Shown: one piece after another, positions 20,662 through 30,595 of the stretch
Numbering within the stretch: position 1 is the stretch's first letter
Layout of the letters: each line of letters starts with the position of its first letter
Source of the DNA: Thermoplasmatales archaeon
GTDB lineage: Archaea; Thermoplasmatota; Thermoplasmata; Thermoplasmatales; Thermoplasmataceae
Assembly: GCA_027310185.1 (NCBI GenBank)
Contig: DAIDBH010000011.1
Span: 64,001 to 128,000 of the forward strand
Direction: 5' to 3'
Length of the DNA: 64,000 nucleotides
Position numbers and translations under genes: made by a program
The notes under the pieces: model-generated
What the model was told of the DNA's origin: nothing
Databases searched by the model: none
The model's input: only the letters and a program-made list of their open reading frames with translations

Positions 20662-22938
20662 ATGAATTCAGAAGCCGAAGTTAAGAAATTGAGCCGTATC
20701 CGCTATTTTGTTTTTGGCTTAGTATTCATTATTCTGCCGTTCATATCCATAAATTATACCAGCTATCTGGATTATGGAGCTATAATAAACGGGTTAATTC
20801 TTGTAGTCATTGGAATTATTCTCTTACTCGTTTTCCTTACCGACATCACGGAATCAAAGATAATCCGAAATCTTCCATATGTTGGGTTTGTATTATCAAC
20901 CGTACAGCTTTTTTTTGTTATATCAACCCTCTATCCAAATGCATTAACTGATGAAATCATACTTCAAACATATGCCGCCAAAATATTTCTCGAGGGTAAG
21001 GACCCATACATAAACAGCAATATGCTTGGGGCGTTTAGTTATATAAAGCCATTTTCACTTTATGTCACTCCAGGTTTGAATGGAAAACTTGTAGAAATAT
21101 TGCTTTATCCCGGAATGTCGGTTCTTGCATTTCTGCCAGTTGCATATTTCCATCTTCCTGATTATACGACTCTGTTCATTTTTTCTGCCCTGAATTTTCT
21201 GGCTGTTTTCCTCTATTTAAGGAAGACCGGTATGGAAAAGATACTGCCATATTTCTCCCTGATTATTATGTTAACAGTATATACTTTCGGGCTTTCAATA
21301 GGGGGTTCAACGGATATATTATGGATTTTCTTCCTGGTAATGGCTTATATCTTCAGGGATAAGCCATGGGTTTCAGGAATATTCTATGGCTTATCTATTT
21401 CCTCAAAGCAGCTTGCAATAGTTGCATTTCCATTCCTTATTTTTATGATTTTCATGGAAAAGGGAAAGTCCTTCAAGCAGGCTTTCATATTTTTTGCATT
21501 TGCAGTGTTATCTTTCCTAATCACTAACATTCCTTTCATAACAATGCAGCCACTGGACTGGTTGAGAAATATTGTTGAGGCTGAATTCCAGCCAGTCCTG
21601 GGTATAGGAATAGGTTTCTCAGAGCTTTCATTTACGGGATTGTTAAAAGTTCCATCAACGGTTTTCACGCTTATATTCCTTGCAACAATAGTAATTACCT
21701 TCCTCTTCTATGTACGGTTCTATAACAGGCTCAAATACGCACTTTTTGTCTTCCCGATGCTGATGTTTCTTGTAAATTACAGGGTTCTTCTTGGTTACGT
21801 AGTCGACTGGTCACTCTTAGTTGTTATAAGTTTTGCTGATTATTTAAGAGAGAAAAACATAAAACCACCAACACTTTCAGAAATTAAGGCAAAATCACTC
21901 AACACTGGTCTCTACATACAGGGAATCAGGAAACACATGCAGAAGCACATAACGTTTGCCATCATAATAATTGTAATCATTTCCATAACCACTGCAGGGT
22001 CAATCTATTTATCCTATAACGATAATGACAGCAACATTTACAGGATCAACGCCGTGGAAAATATGTCAGATCAGCAATGTATCCCTGGATATATAACATC
22101 AATGAATATCAGCATAACCTACCAGCCAGCGCTCGGTTCCAATCTGACATCTCCTGTGTATTTCCGAATAATACCGAGCACAGCAACTGAGGGAAACTAT
22201 AATGGCATGTTGTGGTATTCGTCCACAACACTTCATGTTGGGCAGAACTATGTAACGGCATATCCTGAGTTTTATGCATATCTCCTGAAACAGGGAACTA
22301 CATTCAGGATCCAGGCATATTACAACTATCTCAGTGATTATATTACCGTCAAAGCTCCAAGAATAAGCAGGATCGGGATTGCCAATTATAACCTTCAATA
22401 TCCAACAAATAACCTGAAATCCCCATTCCTTTGCTGGGGTGTTGACACTAGCCAGATCAGTGACAGGTTCAATTACAAGTTAAATGATGGAAATGGCGGT
22501 TCTGGGAATGGCTTCATGCTCTCCCTATCACCGGATCATAACATTTCAAAGATTAACTGTATAAGACTTACTGATTCTGCAGTCAATCTTACCTACCTGA
22601 AAGAAACTGGAGAATCTCTATATTTTAACTATTCTTATTCTGGAAACGGAACCTCCATAAGCAATGGCAAGATCAAGAATTTTGTTGGTGTTGAAATGAA
22701 CATCAACGAGATTTACGACATTTACATCGGTCTGAATAGAACTGTCAGCACAACTCAGATTTATTCCGGCCCCAATCAATACATATTTATTCAAAAAAAT
22801 GGGTATATAAATTTCTCCAGAATATACTCAATAAGTGACATCTCTCATATTGTTCCTGTTACCACTGTATTTAATTATGAACTCTATATCAATGGAACAT
22901 CCTCACAAAACTTCAGCGTTTCCGGCATCAGATATTAA
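20662..22938 (+). CDS. GT-C fold membrane glycosyltransferase, paralogue of 17628-19358 with a longer extracellular C-terminus
   Basis: TDE, DPY, YP, SKQ, NIPF, GIGIG motifs shared with 17628-19358. Confidence 0.7.
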   Translation: MNSEAEVKKLSRIRYFVFGLVFIILPFISINYTSYLDYGAIINGLILVVIGIILLLVFLTDITESKIIRNLPYVGFVLSTVQLFFVISTLYPNALTDEIILQTYAAKIFLEGKDPYINSNMLGAFSYIKPFSLYVTPGLNGKLVEILLYPGMSVLAFLPVAYFHLPDYTTLFIFSALNFLAVFLYLRKTGMEKILPYFSLIIMLTVYTFGLSIGGSTDILWIFFLVMAYIFRDKPWVSGIFYGLSISSKQLAIVAFPFLIFMIFMEKGKSFKQAFIFFAFAVLSFLITNIPFITMQPLDWLRNIVEAEFQPVLGIGIGFSELSFTGLLKVPSTVFTLIFLATIVITFLFYVRFYNRLKYALFVFPMLMFLVNYRVLLGYVVDWSLLVVISFADYLREKNIKPPTLSEIKAKSLNTGLYIQGIRKHMQKHITFAIIIIVIISITTAGSIYLSYNDNDSNIYRINAVENMSDQQCIPGYITSMNISITYQPALGSNLTSPVYFRIIPSTATEGNYNGMLWYSSTTLHVGQNYVTAYPEFYAYLLKQGTTFRIQAYYNYLSDYITVKAPRISRIGIANYNLQYPTNNLKSPFLCWGVDTSQISDRFNYKLNDGNGGSGNGFMLSLSPDHNISKINCIRLTDSAVNLTYLKETGESLYFNYSYSGNGTSISNGKIKNFVGVEMNINEIYDIYIGLNRTVSTTQIYSGPNQYIFIQKNGYINFSRIYSISDISHIVPVTTVFNYELYINGTSSQNFSVSGIRY

Positions 22939-22943
22939 AAAGT

Positions 22944-25253
22944 TCATCTGTGTGAGTGCTTGCGGTCAAACGTTATTTCTCTCATACAAACAGGGCATAT
23001 TCTCTTCACCTTCTTCCTTGAAAAGTTGTAGATAGAAGCAACTGCAATGGAAGAAACTAATATTGGAAGGATTTCAGCATTCCAGTCTACTGGACGCTTT
23101 GAACTGATCTGGTACAGGTAAAAAGTTGTTGAATTAGTGTGTAAGAAAATTTTCAGATCTGTTACTCTTCCGGAGTCATTCAGTATTATTGTGTGGTTCC
23201 CATAGGCCAGGAGAATAGAAAGACCCTCTGAGTATTCATATTTCCTGTTGCCTATCTCGATGGTTGTGTTTCTGAAAATAGTCCCCCTGAATATTATATC
23301 CCCAGTCATCAGCTGGTATTTAACATCAGTGAGGCCAGGGTTAGCTGTAATGTTTTGTTTCACAGGTTCCATGAACCCAGAATTTACAATTGATACATTT
23401 AGCAGTTCATTCACGCTTCTGATCTCAATCGTTCCATTGGTGCTATGATATACCTGATTATTAATACGAACAGAGAAATTTAATCCGTAGGAAAGATTTA
23501 CAGATTTTAGTATGAAGACTGAATAAAGAGGTGGAACACTGAACACTTCACTGGAAAACTCAGTTATATTTTTTATGCCATTGTAGTATTTGACCTGGGA
23601 GTCTATGTCAATGATATCATAATGAAGACTCCTCTTTCTGGGAATATAGACAGTGCTGGAATAGTCATTCATGGAGCGAATTTCTATGTCGAGCCTTGAA
23701 CTCTGAGTGTAGTTATCACCTTTTATTGTGGTATTAAGAGTTAAATTCACGGACCCGGGAAGAGATTCATTTAAAGATGTATTCAGAACAATGTATGAGT
23801 TGTTAAATGAGTCTTCAGAGTTAATATTGATAAACGGAACATCATGATATGTTTTCGTGTAGGTATAATACCCATTTTTAAAGACTTCAACAGATGGTAT
23901 GGAGAAATATTGCGTTTGGTTGAACATTGCAAAAGAAAATATAGAATTCAGAAACCCATCCTTCTCCTGTTCATAAGCTGGAACGATTATGGAATTGTTA
24001 TTATCAGGAGAACAGACCAGTTTATCCATAACAGAACTCAGGTTTAGATTGTGTGAAGATATTCCTGCCGGATAAATTCCTTCAGGATGGTAATACTGCA
24101 ACTCATTGTACATGATGTACATAACGTTCAGTATGGGCAGGAAATAGAAACTGGAATTTCCCAACGTTATCACTGGAGATTTACAGGTGAGAAAGCTACC
24201 GGAGAAACGCGAACCTATCATTATGAATTCTGATCCATTCTGTAGCAGAAATCCTTCTTTCTTCAAGTCATAGAAGCCAGAGTTTGTGAAGGGAAAGGAA
24301 TTACCAGAAAACGAAGAGTTAAGTGAAACCAGATGGGTATCATTCAGTACTATGTAGTTCGTAGAGAATCCCGTAATATTAAGTGTGGAATTTGAAATGA
24401 AACATATGGACGATTTCCAGATGGTCAGATTTGAGCCATATGGTATACTGATATGGATATTCTGGTCAGAACTGCAAAGGTTCCTCAAGTAAATTGGGTG
24501 CTGAAGGAAAACAGTTGAATTAAAGGTTCCAATTCCCTTAGTGATGTTGACATGGTCACTTATCAAATTATCATCAAAAGTGGATGATATCCCAAGAGAA
24601 ATCCCGCTTCCATTATATGAGAAATTGCCTTCAAACTTAATCTCACTTACAGGGTATTTGTAATCAGAGTTTCTTATGTAATTATACGAAAAATTACCAG
24701 CGGCACTGATCGGTTGGGAATTTTGCAGAAAATAACCAGTCTCCCTGTAAACGGTTTTTGAATTATTGACATTTCTGAATGTAGAATTCCTGAACAACAT
24801 GGTATCATTCGTGTATTTCATCCTGATATGACTGCAATTATTACCAATCCGAGAGTCAGAAATATGAATTGCATCACCTTCAAAATTCATTGACCCATTA
24901 AAGAAGAAATCTGAATCGCATATTCCTATGTGATATCCACCAGAAGCAGTATCTATTGTTAGATTGGAATTTTTTGTTATGATCATCTCACTCTCAAATG
25001 AGACGTTAGCCTTAATTTGAAGAAATGACTGTTTATAATCTTCAAATACCAGTTTGTAGCATTTTGCAATATTCTCATTTTCACTGTTTATGGTGAGATT
25101 CCCGTTGACATAAATGCTTTTTGGACTGCGTAATTCTGTTCCTGCGGTCACAGGATAATGGGCACTTTCTACGTGAATGTTACCTGTAAAGGGAAGAACA
25201 GGAATCAAGATTGAAATGAGGATTAACAGGAGAAGGAACTTTCTTGAATTCAT
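22944..25253 (-). CDS. Large secreted, membrane-anchored surface glycoprotein
   Basis: Signal peptide, Asn/Ser-rich beta body with well over 30 N-x-S/T sequons, C-terminal TM then basic CPVC...HSH tail. Confidence 0.75.
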   Translation of the reverse strand: MNSRKFLLLLILISILIPVLPFTGNIHVESAHYPVTAGTELRSPKSIYVNGNLTINSENENIAKCYKLVFEDYKQSFLQIKANVSFESEMIITKNSNLTIDTASGGYHIGICDSDFFFNGSMNFEGDAIHISDSRIGNNCSHIRMKYTNDTMLFRNSTFRNVNNSKTVYRETGYFLQNSQPISAAGNFSYNYIRNSDYKYPVSEIKFEGNFSYNGSGISLGISSTFDDNLISDHVNITKGIGTFNSTVFLQHPIYLRNLCSSDQNIHISIPYGSNLTIWKSSICFISNSTLNITGFSTNYIVLNDTHLVSLNSSFSGNSFPFTNSGFYDLKKEGFLLQNGSEFIMIGSRFSGSFLTCKSPVITLGNSSFYFLPILNVMYIMYNELQYYHPEGIYPAGISSHNLNLSSVMDKLVCSPDNNNSIIVPAYEQEKDGFLNSIFSFAMFNQTQYFSIPSVEVFKNGYYTYTKTYHDVPFININSEDSFNNSYIVLNTSLNESLPGSVNLTLNTTIKGDNYTQSSRLDIEIRSMNDYSSTVYIPRKRSLHYDIIDIDSQVKYYNGIKNITEFSSEVFSVPPLYSVFILKSVNLSYGLNFSVRINNQVYHSTNGTIEIRSVNELLNVSIVNSGFMEPVKQNITANPGLTDVKYQLMTGDIIFRGTIFRNTTIEIGNRKYEYSEGLSILLAYGNHTIILNDSGRVTDLKIFLHTNSTTFYLYQISSKRPVDWNAEILPILVSSIAVASIYNFSRKKVKRICPVCMREITFDRKHSHR

Positions 25254-25322
25254 TTTCCGTGATTTTTTCTCCTTAAAAATATTATGTCATAACGGTTTAA
25301 TATGCACTTGTATTATTCATTT

Positions 25323-26336
25323 ATGAAGTATGTAAGACTGGGAAAGTCAGGATTATATGTCTCGGTAATGGCTCTTGGTGCAATGACATTCGGTGACAAG
25401 AACAGCTGGAAGCTAGGTGGATTGAGCCAGGATCAGACAAACGAAATGGTGAAAAGAGCTTATGACTATGGAATAAATCTATTTGATACAGCCGATGTAT
25501 ATGATGAAGGAGAATCTGAAATAGCACTGGGAAAGGCTCTCAAATCATTCAGAGATGAAATTCATATAGCAACAAAGGTAAGGGGGAGGACCGGAAAAGG
25601 CATAAACCAGATAGGGTTGACCAGGCATCATATAAGGGAATCCATCAAGGGAAGCCTTGAAAGACTTAAAACAGATCACGTGGAACTGTATCAGATGCAC
25701 TCATTTGATTATCATGTACCTATAATGGAAACCATTGAAACACTTCAGGATCTTGTTGAAAGAGGGGATATTGATTATCCTGGTTTCTCAAACTTCCAGG
25801 CATGGCAGATGGCTATATTCAATTCAGTTGCAAGGGAAAATCATTTTGAGCCATATCATTCAGCACAGATGAATTATTCCCTGCTTAACAGGGACATAGA
25901 GCAGGAGGTATTACCATACATGAATCATGATGGTCTTTCGTTACTTGCTTGGAGCCCACTTCATGGGGGAGTTCTATCAGGCAAGTATGGCAAAAACGTT
26001 GAAGCAAAGGCAGGAACAAGATTTGGAGATAGGGGTGTATTCCCGCCATTCGATCAGGAGAAGGCAAGATTTGTACTTGAGGTGGCAGAAGAAATTGCCA
26101 GGGAACAGGATTGCAAGCTTTCAAATGTTGCACTGTCTTGGGTAATAGCCAAGAAGGGAATAGTCCTTGTAGGAGCAAGAACACTGGAGCAATTCGAAGA
26201 AAACATGAAAACTCTAGATGTGAACCTTACAGCAGAACAGGTAAAGAGGCTTGATGATGTTTCTGAGGACAGGGAACTCTATCCAGGCTGGATGATAAAG
26301 AGGCAGGACAGGGGAAGAGACTTCGAAAAGATCTAA
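25323..26336 (+). CDS. Aldo/keto reductase
   Basis: LGKSGL.VS, FDTADVY, IATK, SLERL.TD, WSPL.GG.LSGKY. Confidence 0.95.
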   Translation: MKYVRLGKSGLYVSVMALGAMTFGDKNSWKLGGLSQDQTNEMVKRAYDYGINLFDTADVYDEGESEIALGKALKSFRDEIHIATKVRGRTGKGINQIGLTRHHIRESIKGSLERLKTDHVELYQMHSFDYHVPIMETIETLQDLVERGDIDYPGFSNFQAWQMAIFNSVARENHFEPYHSAQMNYSLLNRDIEQEVLPYMNHDGLSLLAWSPLHGGVLSGKYGKNVEAKAGTRFGDRGVFPPFDQEKARFVLEVAEEIAREQDCKLSNVALSWVIAKKGIVLVGARTLEQFEENMKTLDVNLTAEQVKRLDDVSEDRELYPGWMIKRQDRGRDFEKI

Positions 26337-27319
26337 TTCTCCTTGTTGATTATTTTATCAAGTGTTTTTGATATTTTTGGAAAGATGTCACTTTTTGTCA
26401 TAAGATATCGAATTTCTGTCTTTCCAAGGCTTATATTAAGGGGATAACTGTCAACCTTCACCTTTTCGTATTCCTGAAGGATGATCGATTCAAACATAGA
26501 TTCCATGAGCCGGGTAAAATTACTCTTCTTGCCCTTATTGTATCTTCTTATCTTTACCAGGAAATATGAGGTATACAGTGAGATGTAGTCTCTTAGCTTC
26601 AGTTTCCCTGCCGAATTATCAGATAGGAGAAGTGCATCCCTGAGCCCATAATTGCACCCGACAAAAAGATCTGTAATCATCCTGTTTTTCCTCTCCTTAA
26701 GGAGGTGCTGGAACTCCTTTGATGGAAATATCTGGGTTGGCTTGTATGTCAGGAATCTCTCAATGGACTCCTGGCCATCTGTGATGTAGAAGAGGATGTT
26801 GTACTGTTCACTTATCCTTGCGAACAGCTCCAGATCCTCTGAAACAGAAAGATCGTTCCATCCATTGACATCTGTTAGGATTTCCCTTGGTATAACTATG
26901 AACTCACTAAATAACATCCTCTTTTCCCGCTGATTTACAAAGTTATACAGTACATCCGAAAATTTGATATCATAGACCTTTTCTGGGTCAAACAGAACTA
27001 TGTGGGTACCTGTACTCCTCTTAAAAGCCTCATTCTTTGCCTGCCCCCTCTTATAATATCCATAATCCGCAATTTTCAAAGGTTTCTCAGCCCTGATTCC
27101 TTCAGTAGATACGGAATTGATCGGTAGCGTTGTGGTATTTACAATAATTATCTCGTAATCCATTCCAGATTCTTCAGCTATATCAACAATACTGTTCAAC
27201 GAATCCTCAAGGAGCGTTTCCTTTCCCTTGAAAAGGCATAGAAAACTGAGGGATACTAACGCCTTCTGGCTCTTTTTAAGTTCGTAATATTTCAATTGTT
27301 GAGTGAAGGATTCTGGCAC
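26333..27319 (-). CDS. Divergent GT2-like protein
   Basis: YEIIIV, RGQAKN.AF..S.G..IVLFD and EDLELFARI; the DxD motif reads DPE. Confidence 0.65.
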   Translation of the reverse strand: MPESFTQQLKYYELKKSQKALVSLSFLCLFKGKETLLEDSLNSIVDIAEESGMDYEIIIVNTTTLPINSVSTEGIRAEKPLKIADYGYYKRGQAKNEAFKRSTGTHIVLFDPEKVYDIKFSDVLYNFVNQREKRMLFSEFIVIPREILTDVNGWNDLSVSEDLELFARISEQYNILFYITDGQESIERFLTYKPTQIFPSKEFQHLLKERKNRMITDLFVGCNYGLRDALLLSDNSAGKLKLRDYISLYTSYFLVKIRRYNKGKKSNFTRLMESMFESIILQEYEKVKVDSYPLNISLGKTEIRYLMTKSDIFPKISKTLDKIINKEN

Positions 27320-27448
27320 ACTTATGGTATTAGCTATCCGTTTAAAAGTTTTTGTTAAAGAATTTTTATTTTGGAAAGTTCCTTTTGAAGTTGTGAAGAT
27401 AACTTTATAAATATGAATTAAATTTCACTTTTGTAAAGGAGACTTCAT

Positions 27449-28441
27449 ATGAGTATTAAAAATGGAATGAAAGGCAGCACAAAGATGATCGCAATGATTG
27501 TTGTAATTGTTGTAATTGTATCGGCAATTGGGGCTATTGAATATGAACACATTTCAGGTTCTGGAAAGGGAAGAATAATAACCGTAGATTCAAATGTTTC
27601 TGGGGTCCATTTGAACAGGATCATTTCACTTGATCCAGCGGCAAGTGCGACGCTCTACGCAATTGGTGCATTCAAGGATGTTCTCGGTAAGGGACCTTAC
27701 ACAACATATCCAAAAAGTAATCTACCAAACATGACATGCTATCCAGATATGAGTGTTGAACAGATCGTGAACCTTTCACCAGATGCAGTAATTTCATTCA
27801 GCTCATATCCACCAAGTGAGGTGCAGGAACTACTTAACGCCAGCATTGATTATATATTTCTCAGTGCAGGGATCAATTCCACATTTTCACAGATAATGCA
27901 GCAGAATATCCTTCTCGGTGAACTGACAGGTAACCAGAACAATGCTACCCTTCTCAATAACTGGATGAAGGAATCACTAAACCAGTTTTCAAACGTCAGC
28001 GTTGTCAATAAAACACTGCTATATGCAATGTGTGTTGAAAATGGTGCAACCTGGACAACTGGTAAAGGTACATTTGTGAATGCCATGTTCAATTACTCAC
28101 ATCTGAACAACATAGCAAATGGATCAGGTTTCTATGAGATATCAAATGAAAATATTGTTAATTCAAATCCTCAGGTAATACTGCTGGGCACATGTTTTAA
28201 CCAGTCAGATCTTGACAGGGAACCGTTTGATTCTACCAGTGCTTATAAGAACAACACAATCTATACTGCATTTGACACAAATCTCTTCTCAGAACCAAAC
28301 TTCAGAAACATCTTTGCCATAGAATGGTTAATCTATAACGTATATCACGTAACGGTGAAACTGCCGGAATTTCCCTTCAATTTACAGTATAATCCAGAGC
28401 CAACACAGGTTCAGAGTATCTATGAGGATGTAAATGTTTAA
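27449..28441 (+). CDS. ABC substrate-binding protein, BtuF/FecB helical-backbone family
   Basis: RIISLDP, EQIVNLSPDAV, E.IV..NPQVI; N-terminal membrane anchor. Confidence 0.85.
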   Translation: MSIKNGMKGSTKMIAMIVVIVVIVSAIGAIEYEHISGSGKGRIITVDSNVSGVHLNRIISLDPAASATLYAIGAFKDVLGKGPYTTYPKSNLPNMTCYPDMSVEQIVNLSPDAVISFSSYPPSEVQELLNASIDYIFLSAGINSTFSQIMQQNILLGELTGNQNNATLLNNWMKESLNQFSNVSVVNKTLLYAMCVENGATWTTGKGTFVNAMFNYSHLNNIANGSGFYEISNENIVNSNPQVILLGTCFNQSDLDREPFDSTSAYKNNTIYTAFDTNLFSEPNFRNIFAIEWLIYNVYHVTVKLPEFPFNLQYNPEPTQVQSIYEDVNV

Positions 28442-29495
28442 GAGCAGATCAGTCAGGGAATCTATAGGAGTTCATGGTAGAACATACACACTATTTACAA
28501 TTTCAGTAATCGCTTTTTTTCTATCATTTGCCCTTTCCCTCGGGATAGGATCTGTGAACATTCCATTTTTTACAATATTGCGCTCCATAGGAGAACAACT
28601 GGGCATAAATGTGGGATCTGTCAGGCTTTCAGATTATATCATAGTAACCCAGCTTAGAGAACCTGAGATACTGGGAGCAGCCGCTGTAGGAGCATCTCTT
28701 GGCGTGGGAGGTGCTGTGATCCAGAGTATTTTCAGAAACCCCATATCTGAGCCATATATTACAGGAGTTTCCAGTGGTGCCACACTCGGAGCGGTTATTG
28801 CCATTGTGTTCGGCATAACAGTATTTGGAATCTTCACATTGCCTATTTTTGCATTCATATTCGCAATCCTTGTAGTATCTGGCGTCTATGCTCTTTCACT
28901 GAGGAAGGGAAGGACTCCACCTGTTGTTTTCCTTCTTACAGGAATAGCTGTATCCCTTTTTGCCACCTCATTTGTCGCACTGTTACTTTATTCCAGGCCA
29001 GCCCTTGAGAACAGGATATTTTACTGGATACTTGGATCACTTTCCGGTATCTCGTGGCTGGATGACATGATTGTTGTACCCCTTGTTATAGTAACTTCCC
29101 TAATACTCGGTTCAATGTACAGGCAGCTAAATGCACTGCAGATGGGGGAAATTTACGCTAAATCTGTTGGTGTAAATGCGGAGAAATCCAAGCTCGCTGC
29201 CATTGGGCTTACCACGGTTGCGGTATCTGCGTGTGTATCCATAAGTGGACTCATTGGATTTGTAGGCCTGATTTTTCCACATGTATCAAGGCTGTTATAT
29301 GGTGGTTCTAACAAGTATGTGATACCCTCCTCTGCCATACTTGGTGCCACATTTCTTATACTCAGTAATGATCTTGCACATTTGATTGTAAGTGGAGAAG
29401 TTCTGCCCATTGGAATAATCACTGGCATAATTGGCGTACCATTCTTCATGATTCTTATGGCTAAAATATCAAAGAGGGGTTATTACAGTGCTTGA
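28434..29495 (+). CDS. ABC permease, BtuC/FecCD family
   Basis: Q..FRNP..EPY..GVSSGA, A.S.GV, G.IGFVGL..PH, LPIG..T..IG.PFF. Confidence 0.93.
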   Translation: MFKSRSVRESIGVHGRTYTLFTISVIAFFLSFALSLGIGSVNIPFFTILRSIGEQLGINVGSVRLSDYIIVTQLREPEILGAAAVGASLGVGGAVIQSIFRNPISEPYITGVSSGATLGAVIAIVFGITVFGIFTLPIFAFIFAILVVSGVYALSLRKGRTPPVVFLLTGIAVSLFATSFVALLLYSRPALENRIFYWILGSLSGISWLDDMIVVPLVIVTSLILGSMYRQLNALQMGEIYAKSVGVNAEKSKLAAIGLTTVAVSACVSISGLIGFVGLIFPHVSRLLYGGSNKYVIPSSAILGATFLILSNDLAHLIVSGEVLPIGIITGIIGVPFFMILMAKISKRGYYSA

Positions 29496-30276
29496 ACTGG
29501 ATAACATCAGGTTCCGAAGAGGGGAACTTGAGATCGGTCCAGTGAGTATGACACTATCTTCCGGTGAGATCCTGTCAATTTGCGGGAAAAACGGTTCTGG
29601 GAAAACCTCAACGCTCACAGCAATCAGTGGATACATACCCCTTATGGAAGGTTCCATAACAGTAGACGGAGAGAACCTGAAAAAGTTGAAGCCATCATTA
29701 GTCGCAAGAAAAGTTTCATACGTTCAACAGGAAATACCCGAGCCAATGGGTTTTACTGTAAGGGATGTTATGGAGATCTCCGGTTTTACAAGAATGGGTG
29801 GAGACAGGGAGATCAGGGATGCATTGAGGCTATGTGGCGTCGAGAAATTCATAGACCGGGATTTTGCAACTCTGAGTGGTGGAGAGAAAAGAATGGTTTC
29901 CATAGCAGGTGGTATTTACCAGGATTCTGATTATATAATGATGGATGAACCCACATCATTCCTGGACCTTGACAAGATCAGTACACTTATCAGGATACTG
30001 AATTCACTTAAGGCAAAGGGAAAGGGTGTACTTCTGGTAATGCACGACATAAACCTGGCTAATAGAATATCTGATTCCATCCTCCTGTTCAGGGAAGGAA
30101 AAGTTGTGGCTTTCGGGGAGAAGGATGATGTTCTTACCATTAACAACCTGGAAAAAGCCTACAATGCAAAATTTGCCAAATATTCATCTCCGGAGGGAAT
30201 CAGGTTCTATCCGGTTGAAATGGAAGATTTCACTGATTTTCCTGAAGAAGCCAGGGAAGATCCTCAACACTCTTGA
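29488..30276 (+). CDS. ABC ATPase, BtuD/FecE family
   Basis: GKNGSGKT, LSGGE, DEPTSFLD, HDINLA. Confidence 0.93.
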   Translation: MLELDNIRFRRGELEIGPVSMTLSSGEILSICGKNGSGKTSTLTAISGYIPLMEGSITVDGENLKKLKPSLVARKVSYVQQEIPEPMGFTVRDVMEISGFTRMGGDREIRDALRLCGVEKFIDRDFATLSGGEKRMVSIAGGIYQDSDYIMMDEPTSFLDLDKISTLIRILNSLKAKGKGVLLVMHDINLANRISDSILLFREGKVVAFGEKDDVLTINNLEKAYNAKFAKYSSPEGIRFYPVEMEDFTDFPEEAREDPQHS

Positions 30277-30595
30277 TCTTGAATGAATGATCTATAAAGT
30301 ACCAGAATCTGGAATTGATCTTGCACCCATAACTTTGAAGAATTTCAGATATCTTTGACTGTAATTCATTTCCCTTCCTGTCAAAGTCTGTCAGCAGTAT
30401 AACCTTACTGTATTGGGAAGAAATTCTGCTGCAGAAATTCTCAATGGAAATACCCTGATTTATCTTAATGATCTCTCCAGTGATGCCAACTTCCCTGAGT
30501 GCTTTCACATCATGATCCCCTTCCACAATTATTGGTTCCATACTGTTATCTTTCAGCAAATAGCCCAGTTCCCTGGCAAACTTAATTTCACTCAG
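30230..30595 (-). CDS. Small Toprim-domain protein (RNase M5/primase-like)
   Basis: IIVEG..D..AL, ILLTDFDRKG; probable CTG start at 30595 (ORF track start 30559). Confidence 0.85.
   Translation of the reverse strand: MSEIKFARELGYLLKDNSMEPIIVEGDHDVKALREVGITGEIIKINQGISIENFCSRISSQYSKVILLTDFDRKGNELQSKISEILQSYGCKINSRFWYFIDHSFKIKSVEDLPWLLQENQ

Noticed and set aside
27320-27448. Cobalamin riboswitch upstream of the Btu-like ABC operon
   Set aside because: Spacer is short and AT-rich with no B12-box or stable structure
27495-27520. ATTGTTGTA tandem repeat
   Set aside because: Encodes IVVIVVIV in a membrane anchor; ordinary low-complexity coding sequence
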